Assembly: GCA_965221955.1 (NCBI GenBank)
Contig: CBDCTA010000029.1
Location: 352,001 to 416,000, forward strand
DNA from: Gammaproteobacteria bacterium
GTDB lineage: Bacteria; Pseudomonadota; Gammaproteobacteria; UBA4575
Reading direction: 5' to 3'
Length of the DNA: 64,000 nt
Shown here: positions 1 through 10,195 of the stretch, one piece after another
How positions within the stretch are numbered: position 1 is the stretch's first letter
How the letters are laid out: the number at the start of each line of letters is the position of its first letter
The notes under the pieces: model-generated
Databases searched by the model: none
Told to the model about the DNA's origin: nothing
The model's input: the letters and a program-made list of their open reading frames with translations, nothing else
Position numbers and translations under genes: made by a program

Positions 1-331
1 TGTTTGGGATATTGATATTCGTACTACCAATGTCTTTTATATACATTTCTAGTATGTTTTTATGAAGTACTATTTCTTCGTCTAAAAAATTTTTGGTTAG
101 AAATTTCGTAATTGGAAGCTTTTCATCAACTTTCGTTTCATAATTTTCAAAAAATGGTCGCGAATAGCTTACGACTAGAGCAATTTTAAGTGCATTTTTG
201 ATGCTCAGACTTAAATTAAGGTAATTTTCTTCACCATTCTCAAGAACGTAATCAGCAAAATGACGTAATAGCCGCATGTCTACTTTTGCCAGATAAATTT
301 TCACAATATCAGGTGAGTCTTTTATATTCAT
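1..331 (-). CDS. Hypothetical protein, truncated by the window edge
   Basis: My translation from ATG at 331 is open to position 1 (MNIKDSPDIVKIYLAKVDMRLL...ALVVSYSRPFF...); it follows the HAD gene on the same strand; absent from the ORF track because no stop lies in the window. Confidence 0.6.
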   Translation of the reverse strand, partial: MNIKDSPDIVKIYLAKVDMRLLRHFADYVLENGEENYLNLSLSIKNALKIALVVSYSRPFFENYETKVDEKLPITKFLTKNFLDEEIVLHKNILEMYIKDIGSTNINIPN

Positions 332-371
332 ACTAATGTTGACATGCAGGATTTCTAAAAGTTCTTTTGTT

Positions 372-1046
372 TTATAACGAAGTTTTATTTTGAATATAAT
401 AGTTTATTTCATTGGTTAAATTTTGCATTGTTTTTATAATATGATGCGCTCCTGAATCAATCAAAGTTTTTTCCTTAATCAGATCAGCATGGCCAAATAC
501 TACCATTCCCGCAGCAGCAGCACCTTCAACCCCTAATGGGCTATCTTCAATAACAAGACAGCGGTTTAGATTTAAGCAGTTCATGTTTTTAGCAGCATAG
601 AGAAAAACATCTGGAAATGGTTTTCCTCTTGCAACATCAGAAGTGCTAAAAATATTATTTCCAAAATATTTTAGTAAGTTTGTTTTGCCTAGTGTGGTTT
701 GCATTTTTTCATGTGAGCCTGCAGAGGCTACACAATACGGAATGGATAAGTTTTTCAAAGCATCTTCAACACCATCTATAGCTGAAACTGAATTTTTAAG
801 TGCTTCTTTGATCTCATGCTGATATCGTGATGCTAGGTCGGGAGGAGGCTTTTTGCCCAATAAGTTTTCGAGTATTGCTAAGCATTGTTCAGAAGATTGA
901 CCCATAAAAGTTTCAAGTAAATATTCTTGACTTAGGGTTAGTCCACATTCTTCTTCTATGACTTTTGAGAATACTCTAGTAGCTATTCTCTCACTGTCGA
1001 CAAGTACGCCATCGCAATCAAAAATAATGAGTTCAAAATAATTCAT
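372..1046 (-). CDS. HAD-superfamily hydrolase (subfamily IA, YieH-like phosphatase)
   Basis: Motif I FDCDGVLVDS, GKPFPD, and motif IV IEDSPLG. Confidence 0.9.
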   Translation of the reverse strand: MNYFELIIFDCDGVLVDSERIATRVFSKVIEEECGLTLSQEYLLETFMGQSSEQCLAILENLLGKKPPPDLASRYQHEIKEALKNSVSAIDGVEDALKNLSIPYCVASAGSHEKMQTTLGKTNLLKYFGNNIFSTSDVARGKPFPDVFLYAAKNMNCLNLNRCLVIEDSPLGVEGAAAAGMVVFGHADLIKEKTLIDSGAHHIIKTMQNLTNEINYYIQNKTSL

Positions 1047-1086
1047 TAAGTGAGTTTTAGAGCAATGTAATGTTTGAAGGCATGGG

Positions 1087-2442
1087 CTATAAAAGTAGCC
1101 AAGTTGCCAAACCTAAAAATGCAAAGATTCCAATTACGTCAGTAATAGTAGTTAACACTACACCGCCTGCAAGTGCTGGATCAATTTTCAGTTTGCGCAA
1201 TATGATTGGGATTGTTACACCCGCAAGTGCAGCACAGAGTAAATTTGCCGCCATTGCAGCAGCAATGATGCCACCCATTTTAAAATCTTTAAACCAAAGG
1301 ATTACCACTAAGGCAACAATAATGGCCCATACCATGCCGTTTAAAAAACCGACTGCAAGTTCTTTAAATAATAGTAACTTTGAATTACTGCGGCTGATTT
1401 GACCGGTTGCAATGCCGCGGATGACTAAGGTTAAGGTTTGACTACCTGCAATACCGCCCATGCTTGCAACAACTGGAATTAATATGGCTAATATGATGAT
1501 TTTTTCCAAGGTGGGTTGAAATAAACTAATCACCCATGCGGCAAGAAATGCGGTGGCTAAATTTACCGCTAACCAAATAGAGCGGCGCCTAGTTGATGCA
1601 ACAACAGGTGCGAATAAATCTTCTTCTTCTGATAAACCAGCTTGTCTAAAAACAGAATGTTCAGCTTCTTCACGAATCACATCCACAACATCGTCTACTG
1701 TAATTCGGCCAATGAGTTTATTGTTCTCATCGACTACGGCGGCTGAAACAAGATCTAAATCTTCAAAGGTTTTTGCGACAAGATTGTCTTCCGTATCTGC
1801 TGAAAATGCTTCCACATCTTCTACCATTACATCGCGTACTAATTCGGTTGGTTTTTCGGTGAGCACTTTTGTCAAGGGTAATGTGCCAATATAATGATCG
1901 TAACGATCGACTACAAATAAAGAATCTGTAGCATTTGGCAACTCTCCTCGAGTGCGCAAATAACGTAACACTACATCCAAAGTTACATCGCGTCTCACGG
2001 TTACTGTATCGGTGTTCATCAAGCCGCCGGCAGTGTCTTCGTCATAGGACAAGACCGCTTCTAAGCGTTGCCGATCTTGGTAGTCCATGCTCGATAAGGC
2101 TTTTTCCATTACCGTATCGGGTAAGTCGGCAAGCAAATCTGCTAAATCATCAATTTCTAAGCCTTCCGTTGCAGACAGCAAAGCATCACTGTCCATAAGT
2201 TTGATCAAGCCATTTCGAACTTCATCACCAACATTCAGCAAAATCTCACCGTCATCGTCATGGTCTAGCATGTTCCATACAATGCTACGTTGTGAATGTG
2301 GAAGTGCTTCGAGCAAATTGGCGATCTCTGCAGGATGCAGTGCATTTAGAATACGGCGCGCACGTTGCATCGTGCCGCTTTGTAAAGCGTCACCGATGAC
2401 CTTTAAGGTTTGGTCTTGCAGTTGAACAATTGTGTCAGGCAT
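1087..2442 (-). CDS. mgtE: Magnesium transporter MgtE
   Basis: N-domain, tandem CBS (TAGGLM, GRITVDD) and TM domain with MGGIAGSQ and DPALA...TDV. Confidence 0.96.
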   Translation of the reverse strand: MPDTIVQLQDQTLKVIGDALQSGTMQRARRILNALHPAEIANLLEALPHSQRSIVWNMLDHDDDGEILLNVGDEVRNGLIKLMDSDALLSATEGLEIDDLADLLADLPDTVMEKALSSMDYQDRQRLEAVLSYDEDTAGGLMNTDTVTVRRDVTLDVVLRYLRTRGELPNATDSLFVVDRYDHYIGTLPLTKVLTEKPTELVRDVMVEDVEAFSADTEDNLVAKTFEDLDLVSAAVVDENNKLIGRITVDDVVDVIREEAEHSVFRQAGLSEEEDLFAPVVASTRRRSIWLAVNLATAFLAAWVISLFQPTLEKIIILAILIPVVASMGGIAGSQTLTLVIRGIATGQISRSNSKLLLFKELAVGFLNGMVWAIIVALVVILWFKDFKMGGIIAAAMAANLLCAALAGVTIPIILRKLKIDPALAGGVVLTTITDVIGIFAFLGLATWLLL

Positions 2443-2554
2443 GAAACATCTAGCTATTTATTATTATGCGCGCGGCAAGTGTAACTGCTTGTTAGTAGCT
2501 TGCCAAAGTAAATAGTTTTAGGGATTACTCGCCTATCAGAAAAAATTAATAGAC

Positions 2555-4285
2555 TTATTCGTTTAGAGCATCAACCATGGGCGCGATTTTGCTCGGCACG
2601 GTTGTGCTCAAAATTTTTTTGGCCTGTTTCTCAAGATCCGAAATCCTGCTTTTGTTAATGATTTGCTTGATTTCTAATAGGTTCGATGGGTGAGCACTGA
2701 ATTCTTGTAATCCTAGTCCTAGTAGTAAGCGTGTATAACGTGGATCACCCGCCATCTCACCACACATAGCAACGGGGATATCTGCTCGGCGGCCCGCCTG
2801 TAAAGTGAGGTTGATAAGTTTTAACACTGAAGGGTGTAATGGATCATACAAGTAGTTCACTTGGTCATCGATGCGATCGATCGCTAATGTGTATTGTATT
2901 AAATCGTTGGTGCCGATTGATAAGAAATCTAATTTTTTGGCTAATATATTTGCAGAAATAGCCGCTGCAGGTACTTCAATCATTGCACCTACAGGAATCT
3001 CGGCATCAAATTCTTTGTTCTCGTCGGTGAGCTCTTGTTTAGCGTGATCCAGTATCGCTAAGGATTGAACAAGTTCATTATGACTTGTGATCATCGGCAA
3101 TAAAATTCTTACTGGGCCATTGGCAGAAGCACGAAGGATCGCACGTAATTGTTGTTTAAATAAATCGGTATCTTTTAGCGACCTGCGAATCGCGCGTAAC
3201 CCTAAAGCAGGGTTTTGAGTCATCGGTCCTTGGAAGTCTGGGTCAAATTCTTTTTCAGCACCTAGGTCGAGTGTGCGTATGGTTAAAGGTTTGCCTTTTA
3301 ATACGCGAATAATTTTTCTATAGGCATTTAGCTGTTCTGTTTCATCCGCAGGCGCATTACGATCGATATATAAAAATTCTGTACGATATAAACCAACACC
3401 ATCCGCGCCTGATTTTTTCAGCGCACTAATATCTTCTGAAAGTTCAATATTAGCTTGTAAGCTGATGCGTCGACCATCTTTGGTTTTTGCAGAAATATTT
3501 TTTAATGAACCTAGCTTACGTTTCGCATCTCTTTGTTCACGCTGAATATGCCGATATTCCTTGATGGTATTTTCATCCATCCCTGCGAGCACCATGCCAC
3601 TGCTGCCATCAAGTATGAGTTGTTCTTCTTGCTGTAATAGTGTGCGAGCACTTTGGATGCCTACCACAGCGGGAATACCTAAACTTCTTGCTAAAATTGC
3701 GGTGTGTGATAGTGGGCCGCCAAGCTCAGTGATAAACCCTGCGATATTTTGATGTTGCATCACAACTGTGTCAGCAGGGGTTAAATCATCCGCAACGATA
3801 ATGCTGCCTTTGAGTGGCTGCAGTTTCATTTGTACGGTAAATTGTTGGTCTTTTAGGATTTGCTGAATTAAATTGATAACGTGTTCAATATCGTTTAAGC
3901 GCGTGCGTAAATAGTCATCCTCCATTTGTTCAAAAACAGCCTCTAATTTATCTCGCTGTTGTTTAAGTGCCCATTCAGCGTTGCAGTGTTCTTCACGAAT
4001 GATTTCTATTGGCACTTTGCTAAGCATAGAGTCTTTGACCATCAGCAAATGAGAGTCAATAAATGTTGCTACATCTTTAGGAGCATCTTCAGGAATGGTA
4101 TCGCGAATACCACGTAGCTGTTCTGCTGCACCTTCTACTGCAGATTCGAAACGTTCAATTTCTGTTTCGATTTCATATTCTTCTAATTTTCTTTCGAATA
4201 CTTCTGGTGCGCCACGATTGAGGAGATGTACCTTGCCAATGGCGATGCCGCGGGAGACTCCTATGCCAGAAATAATAAGTGCCAT
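2555..4285 (-). CDS. ptsI: PEP-protein phosphotransferase (PTS enzyme I, no GAF domain)
   Basis: SHTAILAR phospho-His motif, GLYRTEF, SIGTNDL, CGEMAGD; 576 aa. Confidence 0.95.
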   Translation of the reverse strand: MALIISGIGVSRGIAIGKVHLLNRGAPEVFERKLEEYEIETEIERFESAVEGAAEQLRGIRDTIPEDAPKDVATFIDSHLLMVKDSMLSKVPIEIIREEHCNAEWALKQQRDKLEAVFEQMEDDYLRTRLNDIEHVINLIQQILKDQQFTVQMKLQPLKGSIIVADDLTPADTVVMQHQNIAGFITELGGPLSHTAILARSLGIPAVVGIQSARTLLQQEEQLILDGSSGMVLAGMDENTIKEYRHIQREQRDAKRKLGSLKNISAKTKDGRRISLQANIELSEDISALKKSGADGVGLYRTEFLYIDRNAPADETEQLNAYRKIIRVLKGKPLTIRTLDLGAEKEFDPDFQGPMTQNPALGLRAIRRSLKDTDLFKQQLRAILRASANGPVRILLPMITSHNELVQSLAILDHAKQELTDENKEFDAEIPVGAMIEVPAAAISANILAKKLDFLSIGTNDLIQYTLAIDRIDDQVNYLYDPLHPSVLKLINLTLQAGRRADIPVAMCGEMAGDPRYTRLLLGLGLQEFSAHPSNLLEIKQIINKSRISDLEKQAKKILSTTVPSKIAPMVDALNE

Positions 4286-4295
4286 ATAATATTAA

Positions 4296-4565
4296 TTACT
4301 CTTCTTCGTCGAAAAGGTTATTAAATAAATTTTCAATCTGTGTCATAGCTTGTTGTTCGTCTTCACCATCAATGACTATGTTTACAATACTATGTTGACT
4401 CGCGGCTAACATCATGACTCCCATAATGCTTTTACCATTAATTTTTCTGCCTTCTTTTTGAATTGTAATTTCGCTAGCAAAATTCGATGCTAGGGCAACG
4501 AGCTTTGCGGCTGCGCGTGCATGTAAACCTAATTTGTTGGCAACCGTAAGGTCCTTGCTAATCAC
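4296..4565 (-). CDS. ptsH: HPr-family phosphocarrier (HPr/NPr)
   Basis: GLHARAA (His15) and GKSIMG (Ser46); GTG start. Confidence 0.93.
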   Translation of the reverse strand: MISKDLTVANKLGLHARAAAKLVALASNFASEITIQKEGRKINGKSIMGVMMLAASQHSIVNIVIDGEDEQQAMTQIENLFNNLFDEEE

Positions 4566-4596
4566 GTATTCACCTATCTATTATTGCGCTAAGCGT

Positions 4597-5001
4597 TCAA
4601 TTATTCACTTGGCAATCGATGATCCCGTCATGTGCGCCGCTAAGCGCCTTTTCGACGATCTCATTGAGTTCTAGTTTGGGATAATTCATGGCCCGAACCA
4701 GCATAGGTAAATTAAGTCCAGCGAGTACATGTACCTTGAGGCTTTTGTCATTTTTGAGTTTATTACAGATATTGCTAGGGGTAGAGCCAAAGATATCGGT
4801 TAATACTAAAACCCCTTCACCTTGATCTATTATTTTACAAATCTGTTGCGCTTTAATTACTAATTCATCTGGGTTACAGGTTTCAGAGACAGAAAGTGTT
4901 TCGCATGTAAGAGGCAACGTATTGCCCAGCATCGATTTAGCTGTAGCAAGAAGCTCATGCCCGACCTTGCCGTGGGTTATGGTAAGAATTGAAACTGACA
5001 T
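4597..5001 (-). CDS. Stand-alone PTS EIIA, mannose/fructose family
   Basis: ITHG phospho-His, LTDIFGSTPSN and GLNLPML motifs. Confidence 0.92.
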   Translation of the reverse strand: MSVSILTITHGKVGHELLATAKSMLGNTLPLTCETLSVSETCNPDELVIKAQQICKIIDQGEGVLVLTDIFGSTPSNICNKLKNDKSLKVHVLAGLNLPMLVRAMNYPKLELNEIVEKALSGAHDGIIDCQVNN

Positions 5002-5864
5002 TAATTTTCCAAGTCTCGGTGTCGTACTGAGATATGTGTGTCCTTAAAATCTTCAAAGTGCTTTGCTAAGGACTCGGTAATATGTACTGATCGATGATGT
5101 CCGCCTGTACACCCAATAGAAACACTCAAATAACTGCGATTTTCCTTAGCAAATAATGGAAGCCACTTTTCAATGAATTCTGAGATTGAGCGAATCATTT
5201 GCGTCACTTCATCATGCGATTGCAAAAAATCAATAACTTCGGTGTCTTTGCCAGTGAGATCACGCAAAGACTTTTCCCAATAAGGATTAGGTAAGCAGCG
5301 TACATCGAAAACATAATCTGAATCATTTGGTACACCGAATTTAAATCCAAAAGATTGCAATAATATCGTTAATGCCGAAGAGATTTTTTTGCAAACTTGC
5401 TCAGTAATGATTGCGCGCAGCTCGCGTACGTTAGTTGAAGTAGTATCAATACGTAGATCTGCAAGAAGCACTAAATCTTCAAGAATGTGTTTTTCCATTT
5501 GAATCGCTTCCACTAGTGGAAGGCCATCTTTAGTAAGTGGATGTTTTCGGCGTGTTTCGCTGTAGCGCTGGATTAAGGTTTCTTCGTTGGCTTCCAAGTG
5601 TACAAGCTCAAGATCGATACCTCTATTCTTAATCGCTTTTACGATATCGGGGAAAGATACAATGTCTTTGCTAGCATTTCGTGCATCCACGCCAATAGCA
5701 ATTTTTTCATAGAAAATAGAGCTAGAAGTAGTGAGGTGCTCAATGCAATTTAACAACATACCTAGGGGCATATTATCAATACAATAAAAATCATCATCTT
5801 CCAGAGTTTTAATTGCAACTGACTTTCCTGAGCCAGACAGACCGCTAACAATTACTAATTTCAT
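5001..5864 (-). CDS. rapZ: RNase adapter RapZ
   Basis: SGLSGSGKS Walker A, SFGFKFG, DVRCLPNP, IGCTGGHHRS. Confidence 0.96.
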   Translation of the reverse strand: MKLVIVSGLSGSGKSVAIKTLEDDDFYCIDNMPLGMLLNCIEHLTTSSSIFYEKIAIGVDARNASKDIVSFPDIVKAIKNRGIDLELVHLEANEETLIQRYSETRRKHPLTKDGLPLVEAIQMEKHILEDLVLLADLRIDTTSTNVRELRAIITEQVCKKISSALTILLQSFGFKFGVPNDSDYVFDVRCLPNPYWEKSLRDLTGKDTEVIDFLQSHDEVTQMIRSISEFIEKWLPLFAKENRSYLSVSIGCTGGHHRSVHITESLAKHFEDFKDTHISVRHRDLEN

Positions 5865-5881
5865 TATTTATTATTCTAAAT

Positions 5882-6841
5882 TTATTGCATCGACTTTTTT
5901 TGACGCCCAATAAAGTCTTCACTCGCTTTGTAACCATTTTTAGCTAACAAATGATTTCGTACAGCGGCTTCTACTAATACGGCAAGGTTTCTGCCGGGTG
6001 CAACGGGTAGTGAAATGGTTGGAATTTCAATACCTAGCACGTCTGTTTTTCTTTCCGATAGTCTAAGTCGATCTTCGGTTTTTGGCACATCTAATTTAGG
6101 AGGTATTAACTCGATGATGAGCTTTAAGAATTTATTCGATTTAATTGCACTATCCCCATACATTTCGCGAATATTGAGCACACCTAAGCCACGCACTTCT
6201 AAAAAGTTTTGTAATAATTCGGGGCAAGTGCCGTTTATGGTTTCTGGCGCAATGCGAGCAAATTCTGGTGCATCGTCGGCGATTAATCGATGTCCACGAG
6301 ATACTAGATCGAGTGCAAGTTCACTTTTTCCTAATCCGCTTTTACCAGTAATTAATACACCCACACTAATGACTTCCATGAAAACACCATGCAATATTTC
6401 TTTCTCGGCGAGTGCCTGAGTTAAGTAATAGCGTAATTGATCAATAAGCTCATTACTCGATAGTGAAGAGCAGATAATGGGTAAATTATATTTTAATGAT
6501 TGTTCTCTAAATTCTTCTGGAGGTGTAAGGCCATCGCTAATAAAAATGGCTGCTGATTTTCTTTGAAATAATTGTGTTAGTAAATTTTCTAAAATATTTT
6601 CATCTGCTTTATTAAAAAACTTTAACTCGGTTTCACCGAGAATTTGTGCTTGGTTTGGATGAATTAAATTAAAGTAACCAACTAAGCCTATTTCAGATGA
6701 TGAAAAAGATAAGCGGGTGAAGCCAAGTCCGCTATTTTTGTTTCCCGACCACCAGTGTAAATCAAGGGTTTCTTTTTTTTGCGAAAACAGATCAATAGTC
6801 TTGAGTGCCACGCGTGAGTCATGTGGGGATGCAACTGCCAT
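5882..6841 (-). CDS. hprK: HPr(Ser) kinase/phosphorylase
   Basis: HGV, GKSGLGKSELAL, LIADD, LEVRGLG, PGRNLA. Confidence 0.95.
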   Translation of the reverse strand: MAVASPHDSRVALKTIDLFSQKKETLDLHWWSGNKNSGLGFTRLSFSSSEIGLVGYFNLIHPNQAQILGETELKFFNKADENILENLLTQLFQRKSAAIFISDGLTPPEEFREQSLKYNLPIICSSLSSNELIDQLRYYLTQALAEKEILHGVFMEVISVGVLITGKSGLGKSELALDLVSRGHRLIADDAPEFARIAPETINGTCPELLQNFLEVRGLGVLNIREMYGDSAIKSNKFLKLIIELIPPKLDVPKTEDRLRLSERKTDVLGIEIPTISLPVAPGRNLAVLVEAAVRNHLLAKNGYKASEDFIGRQKKSMQ

Positions 6842-6925
6842 ATGGCTTATATACAGCTCTATTTAGAACGGTTCAAGGTAAAACAATAGATAATGCTTAA
6901 GAATAGAAAAGATATAAGCACCGAG

Positions 6926-7393
6926 CTAGGCGGCAAGGTGTTTTGGGTTTTGGGTAAGAATTTGGTAGAGCTCTGAAGCATTACTACTTTTTTCAATAGA
7001 ATTTCGAAGTTGTTCATTGTCTAGGAGTTCTGCGAGGCTTGCTAATAGCTGCAAATGATCTTCGTTAGCGTCTTCAGGTACAACAAGGCAAAATAAAAAT
7101 GTTACGGGATGATCATCACTGGCTTCAAAATCTACACCTTCTTCCAGCTTGAGTATTGAAACATAGATCCTTTTAAGCTCCTGCATGCGGCAGTGTGGAA
7201 TCGCAATTCCATTGCCTAAACCTGTACTGCCAAGCTTCTCGCGTGCCAGCAGCGCATCCAAAAGCTTATTTTTATTTAAATCAGTATTTAGATGCGCAAG
7301 CGTTTCGCTTAACACTTCAAGTGCTGTTTTTTTACTACTGACAGAAGGTGAAAATACAATCCCTTCTTCAGAGATGAATTCTTTGATTTGCAT
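6926..7393 (-). CDS. ptsN: PTS EIIA-Ntr
   Basis: REKLGSTGLGNGIAIPH; position downstream of rpoN-hpf. Confidence 0.93.
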   Translation of the reverse strand: MQIKEFISEEGIVFSPSVSSKKTALEVLSETLAHLNTDLNKNKLLDALLAREKLGSTGLGNGIAIPHCRMQELKRIYVSILKLEEGVDFEASDDHPVTFLFCLVVPEDANEDHLQLLASLAELLDNEQLRNSIEKSSNASELYQILTQNPKHLAA

Positions 7394-7419
7394 GTTATGG
7401 GGAAATTAAATTATTAGAA

Positions 7420-7740
7420 CTAATTTATAGCGTGATGTTCTACATCGCGTTGATGATGATCTTTTAGTTTTTCTTTGTGCTTAACAATTTGTCTGTCTAA
7501 TTTATCAACTAAACTATCAACTGCCGCATACATTCCATCACTTACAGCTTCAGCAAAAATTTTATTACGACTTACTTGCATTGATGCTTCAGCATGATGG
7601 TCTAGTTTTTCAACTGTAAGGATGACATGAATATTTATTACGTGATCAAAGTGTCTGGTGAGTTTTTCAAATTTTTTTTCTACATAGTCCTTTAATGAAG
7701 ATGTGATTTTAAGATGTTGGCCCGTTATGTTTATTTGCAT
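7420..7740 (-). CDS. hpf: Ribosome hibernation promoting factor (short HPF)
   Basis: MQINITGQH...MYAAVDSLVDKLDRQ; start moved to ATG 7740, which has a GAGGG RBS. Confidence 0.94.
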   Translation of the reverse strand: MQINITGQHLKITSSLKDYVEKKFEKLTRHFDHVINIHVILTVEKLDHHAEASMQVSRNKIFAEAVSDGMYAAVDSLVDKLDRQIVKHKEKLKDHHQRDVEHHAIN

Positions 7741-7831
7741 AATTATTCCCTCAATCTTATTGCTATGATAGTAAATCACAGTCGCCCTGAGATTAAAATA
7801 GTTGATAAATATGTATTTTTATATTACTGAT

Positions 7832-9301
7832 TTAGATCAATTGTTTCCTTTCATTGGATGGAGGTATTCCTAGAGATTCCCTATATTTAGCAATTGTTCG
7901 ACGTGCTACTTTGATGCCTTTTTGTTCTAGTAATGTGGCTATTTTGTTATCACTCAAAGGCTTATTTTTGACTTCTTCTTTTACTAGCTTTTTGATCATG
8001 GCCCGAATCGCAGTAGCGGAACAAATTCCCCCATCATTTGTGTTGACATGACTTGAAAAGAAGTATTTAAACTCAAACACGCCTCGAGCTGATTCTAAAT
8101 ATTTATTTGTTGTTACCCTAGAAATGGTAGATTCATGCATCTCCAGCTCTTCAGCGATATCTCGTAGCACTAATGGACGCATGGCTTCTTCACCATATTC
8201 AAAAAATGCCCGTTGATGTTTAACGATTGAAGTTGCAACGCGCATTAAAGTTTCATTGCGACTTTGTAAGCTCTTAATAAACCAACGTGCCTCCTGTAAT
8301 TGGTTGCGCAAATATTCCGCGTCTGTGCCTTTGTTTGAGTCTTTAATTAAGCTTGAGTACACATCATTAATGCGTAGTTTTGGTGCACTATCTGAATTGA
8401 GTCTAACTTTCCAAACGCCTTCATGTTTTGCAACATAAACGTCAGGCACGATATATTCTGATTTTTGAGTAGCAACTAAATCACCAGGTCTGGGGTTTAG
8501 AGATTGAATTAATTTAATTGCTTCTTCGATAATTTCTATATCAAGCTTTGTATGTTTCTCAATTTGCCGATGATTTTTTGTGGCTACTAAGTCAAGATGA
8601 TCAGCAACAATTAAACGCGCTTCAGCTACAAAGGGTGTATCGTTTCCCATTTGTTGTAACTGAATATCTAAACATTCAGGTAAATTTCTTGCACCAGAAC
8701 CTATGGGGTCTAAACGTTGTACAAATTTTAATACCGCTTCAACTTCGTCGAGTTCAAATTGCTCGGTATCGATATCGCGACTATTTTTTAAGTTTTCATA
8801 AATATTTTCGATTGGTTCTTGTAGATAGCCAGACTCATCCAACGAATCAATTAGTGTGTTTGCAATAATTTGATCTTGTTCAGATAACGCACTTAATTCT
8901 AACTGCCAGAGTAAATGTTCTTGTAAGGAAGTTTGGTCCTCACTGCTTTGGTTTTCTAAATAGTCTGAATAATCATCAGATTTTTGACTGATGGGTGTGC
9001 TTTGACTAGGTTCATAATAATCATCCCATTGGCTATCTGTAGGCAGCTCATCTGGGAGGTTTTCGTTTTGGCCGAGCTCAGTAGTCTCGCTGGCTATCTC
9101 ACTATTCTCTTTGCTGTCCGGTGTGAGCGTTTCTAGTGCAGTATCATCCTCCGTTTCTAGCATGGGGTTGGTTTCAAAGGCTTCTTGTATTTCAGCTTTC
9201 AGTTCCAATGAGGATAGCTGCAATAAGCGAATCGCTTGTTGCAATTGCGGTGTCATGGTTAGCTGCTGCCCTAACCGAACCTGTAGTGAAGGTTTAAGCA
9301 T
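7832..9301 (-). CDS. rpoN: RNA polymerase sigma-54 factor
   Basis: Region I LTMTPQLQQAIRLLQLS, HTH MHESTISR, RpoN box ARRTIAKYR. Confidence 0.98.
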   Translation of the reverse strand: MLKPSLQVRLGQQLTMTPQLQQAIRLLQLSSLELKAEIQEAFETNPMLETEDDTALETLTPDSKENSEIASETTELGQNENLPDELPTDSQWDDYYEPSQSTPISQKSDDYSDYLENQSSEDQTSLQEHLLWQLELSALSEQDQIIANTLIDSLDESGYLQEPIENIYENLKNSRDIDTEQFELDEVEAVLKFVQRLDPIGSGARNLPECLDIQLQQMGNDTPFVAEARLIVADHLDLVATKNHRQIEKHTKLDIEIIEEAIKLIQSLNPRPGDLVATQKSEYIVPDVYVAKHEGVWKVRLNSDSAPKLRINDVYSSLIKDSNKGTDAEYLRNQLQEARWFIKSLQSRNETLMRVATSIVKHQRAFFEYGEEAMRPLVLRDIAEELEMHESTISRVTTNKYLESARGVFEFKYFFSSHVNTNDGGICSATAIRAMIKKLVKEEVKNKPLSDNKIATLLEQKGIKVARRTIAKYRESLGIPPSNERKQLI

Positions 9302-9312
9302 GATATTAATTA

Positions 9313-9328
9313 TGGCATGAAAGTTGCT
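9313..9328 (+). promoter_or_regulatory. Sigma-54 -24/-12 site, antisense to and just upstream of rpoN
   Basis: TGGCATGAAAGTTGCT matches TGGCAC-N5-TTGCW with exact GG-N10-GC spacing, 12 bp from the rpoN start. Confidence 0.7.
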
Positions 9329-9447
9329 TTCAAAATACTAAAGGGTGCTGCGTTCGTCGTCTGTATGCAACCCTACGGTACAAGCTAGAAATTGTTTCTA
9401 GTTTGTTTTGGCGGCATTATTTTGACGTTTAGTTTGCCATAGAAAAC

Positions 9448-10176
9448 TTAGTTAAGAGTGAAATTTGATCCAAGATAAACTTCTTGCACGGATTTGTTAG
9501 TTAACAATTTTTTAGGTGTCCCATGCGCAAGCATTCTACCTTCATTTAAGATAAAGGCATGATTACATATGTCTAGGGTTTCGCGTACGTTGTGGTCGGT
9601 GATGAGTAAGCCAATTTCTTTATCACGTAGCTCTTTTAAAATGTGTTGAATATCTTTTACTGAAATAGGGTCAACTCCTGCAAAAGGTTCATCGAGTAAA
9701 ATAAATTTTGGTTGCATAGCAAGTGCACGTGCAATTTCTGCACGCCTTCTTTCACCGCCAGATAAACTTAAGCCTTTATGATCACGAATATGTTCGATTT
9801 GCAAATCGGCAAGTAGCGCATTGCATTGTTGCTTGCGTTGACTGCGTTTTAAGTCTCCGCGAGCTTCAAGACTGACTAAAATATTTTGTTCTACTGTTAA
9901 GCCGCGAAAAATAGAAGCTTCTTGTGGTAGGTAGCCAATGCCTTGTTTGGCTCTTTTGTGCATCGACATAGCTGTGATGTTTTTGTCGTCAAGTGAAATG
10001 GAACCTTCGTTACATTGAATTAAGCCGACTAGCATATAAAAACAAGTGGTTTTGCCGGCGCCATTAGGGCCAAGTAATCCAACAATTTCACCTGATTTAA
10101 TTTGCAGTGAAACGTCATCGACAACTACACGTGATTTAAATTGTTTACGCAGGTTTTCTGCGCTTAGTTTACTCAT
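9448..10176 (-). CDS. lptB: LPS export ABC ATPase
   Basis: [33 protein letters not shown]; upstream of rpoN. Confidence 0.97.
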   Translation of the reverse strand: MSKLSAENLRKQFKSRVVVDDVSLQIKSGEIVGLLGPNGAGKTTCFYMLVGLIQCNEGSISLDDKNITAMSMHKRAKQGIGYLPQEASIFRGLTVEQNILVSLEARGDLKRSQRKQQCNALLADLQIEHIRDHKGLSLSGGERRRAEIARALAMQPKFILLDEPFAGVDPISVKDIQHILKELRDKEIGLLITDHNVRETLDICNHAFILNEGRMLAHGTPKKLLTNKSVQEVYLGSNFTLN

Positions 10177-10195
10177 GTGTGTGAATTAAAAATAA

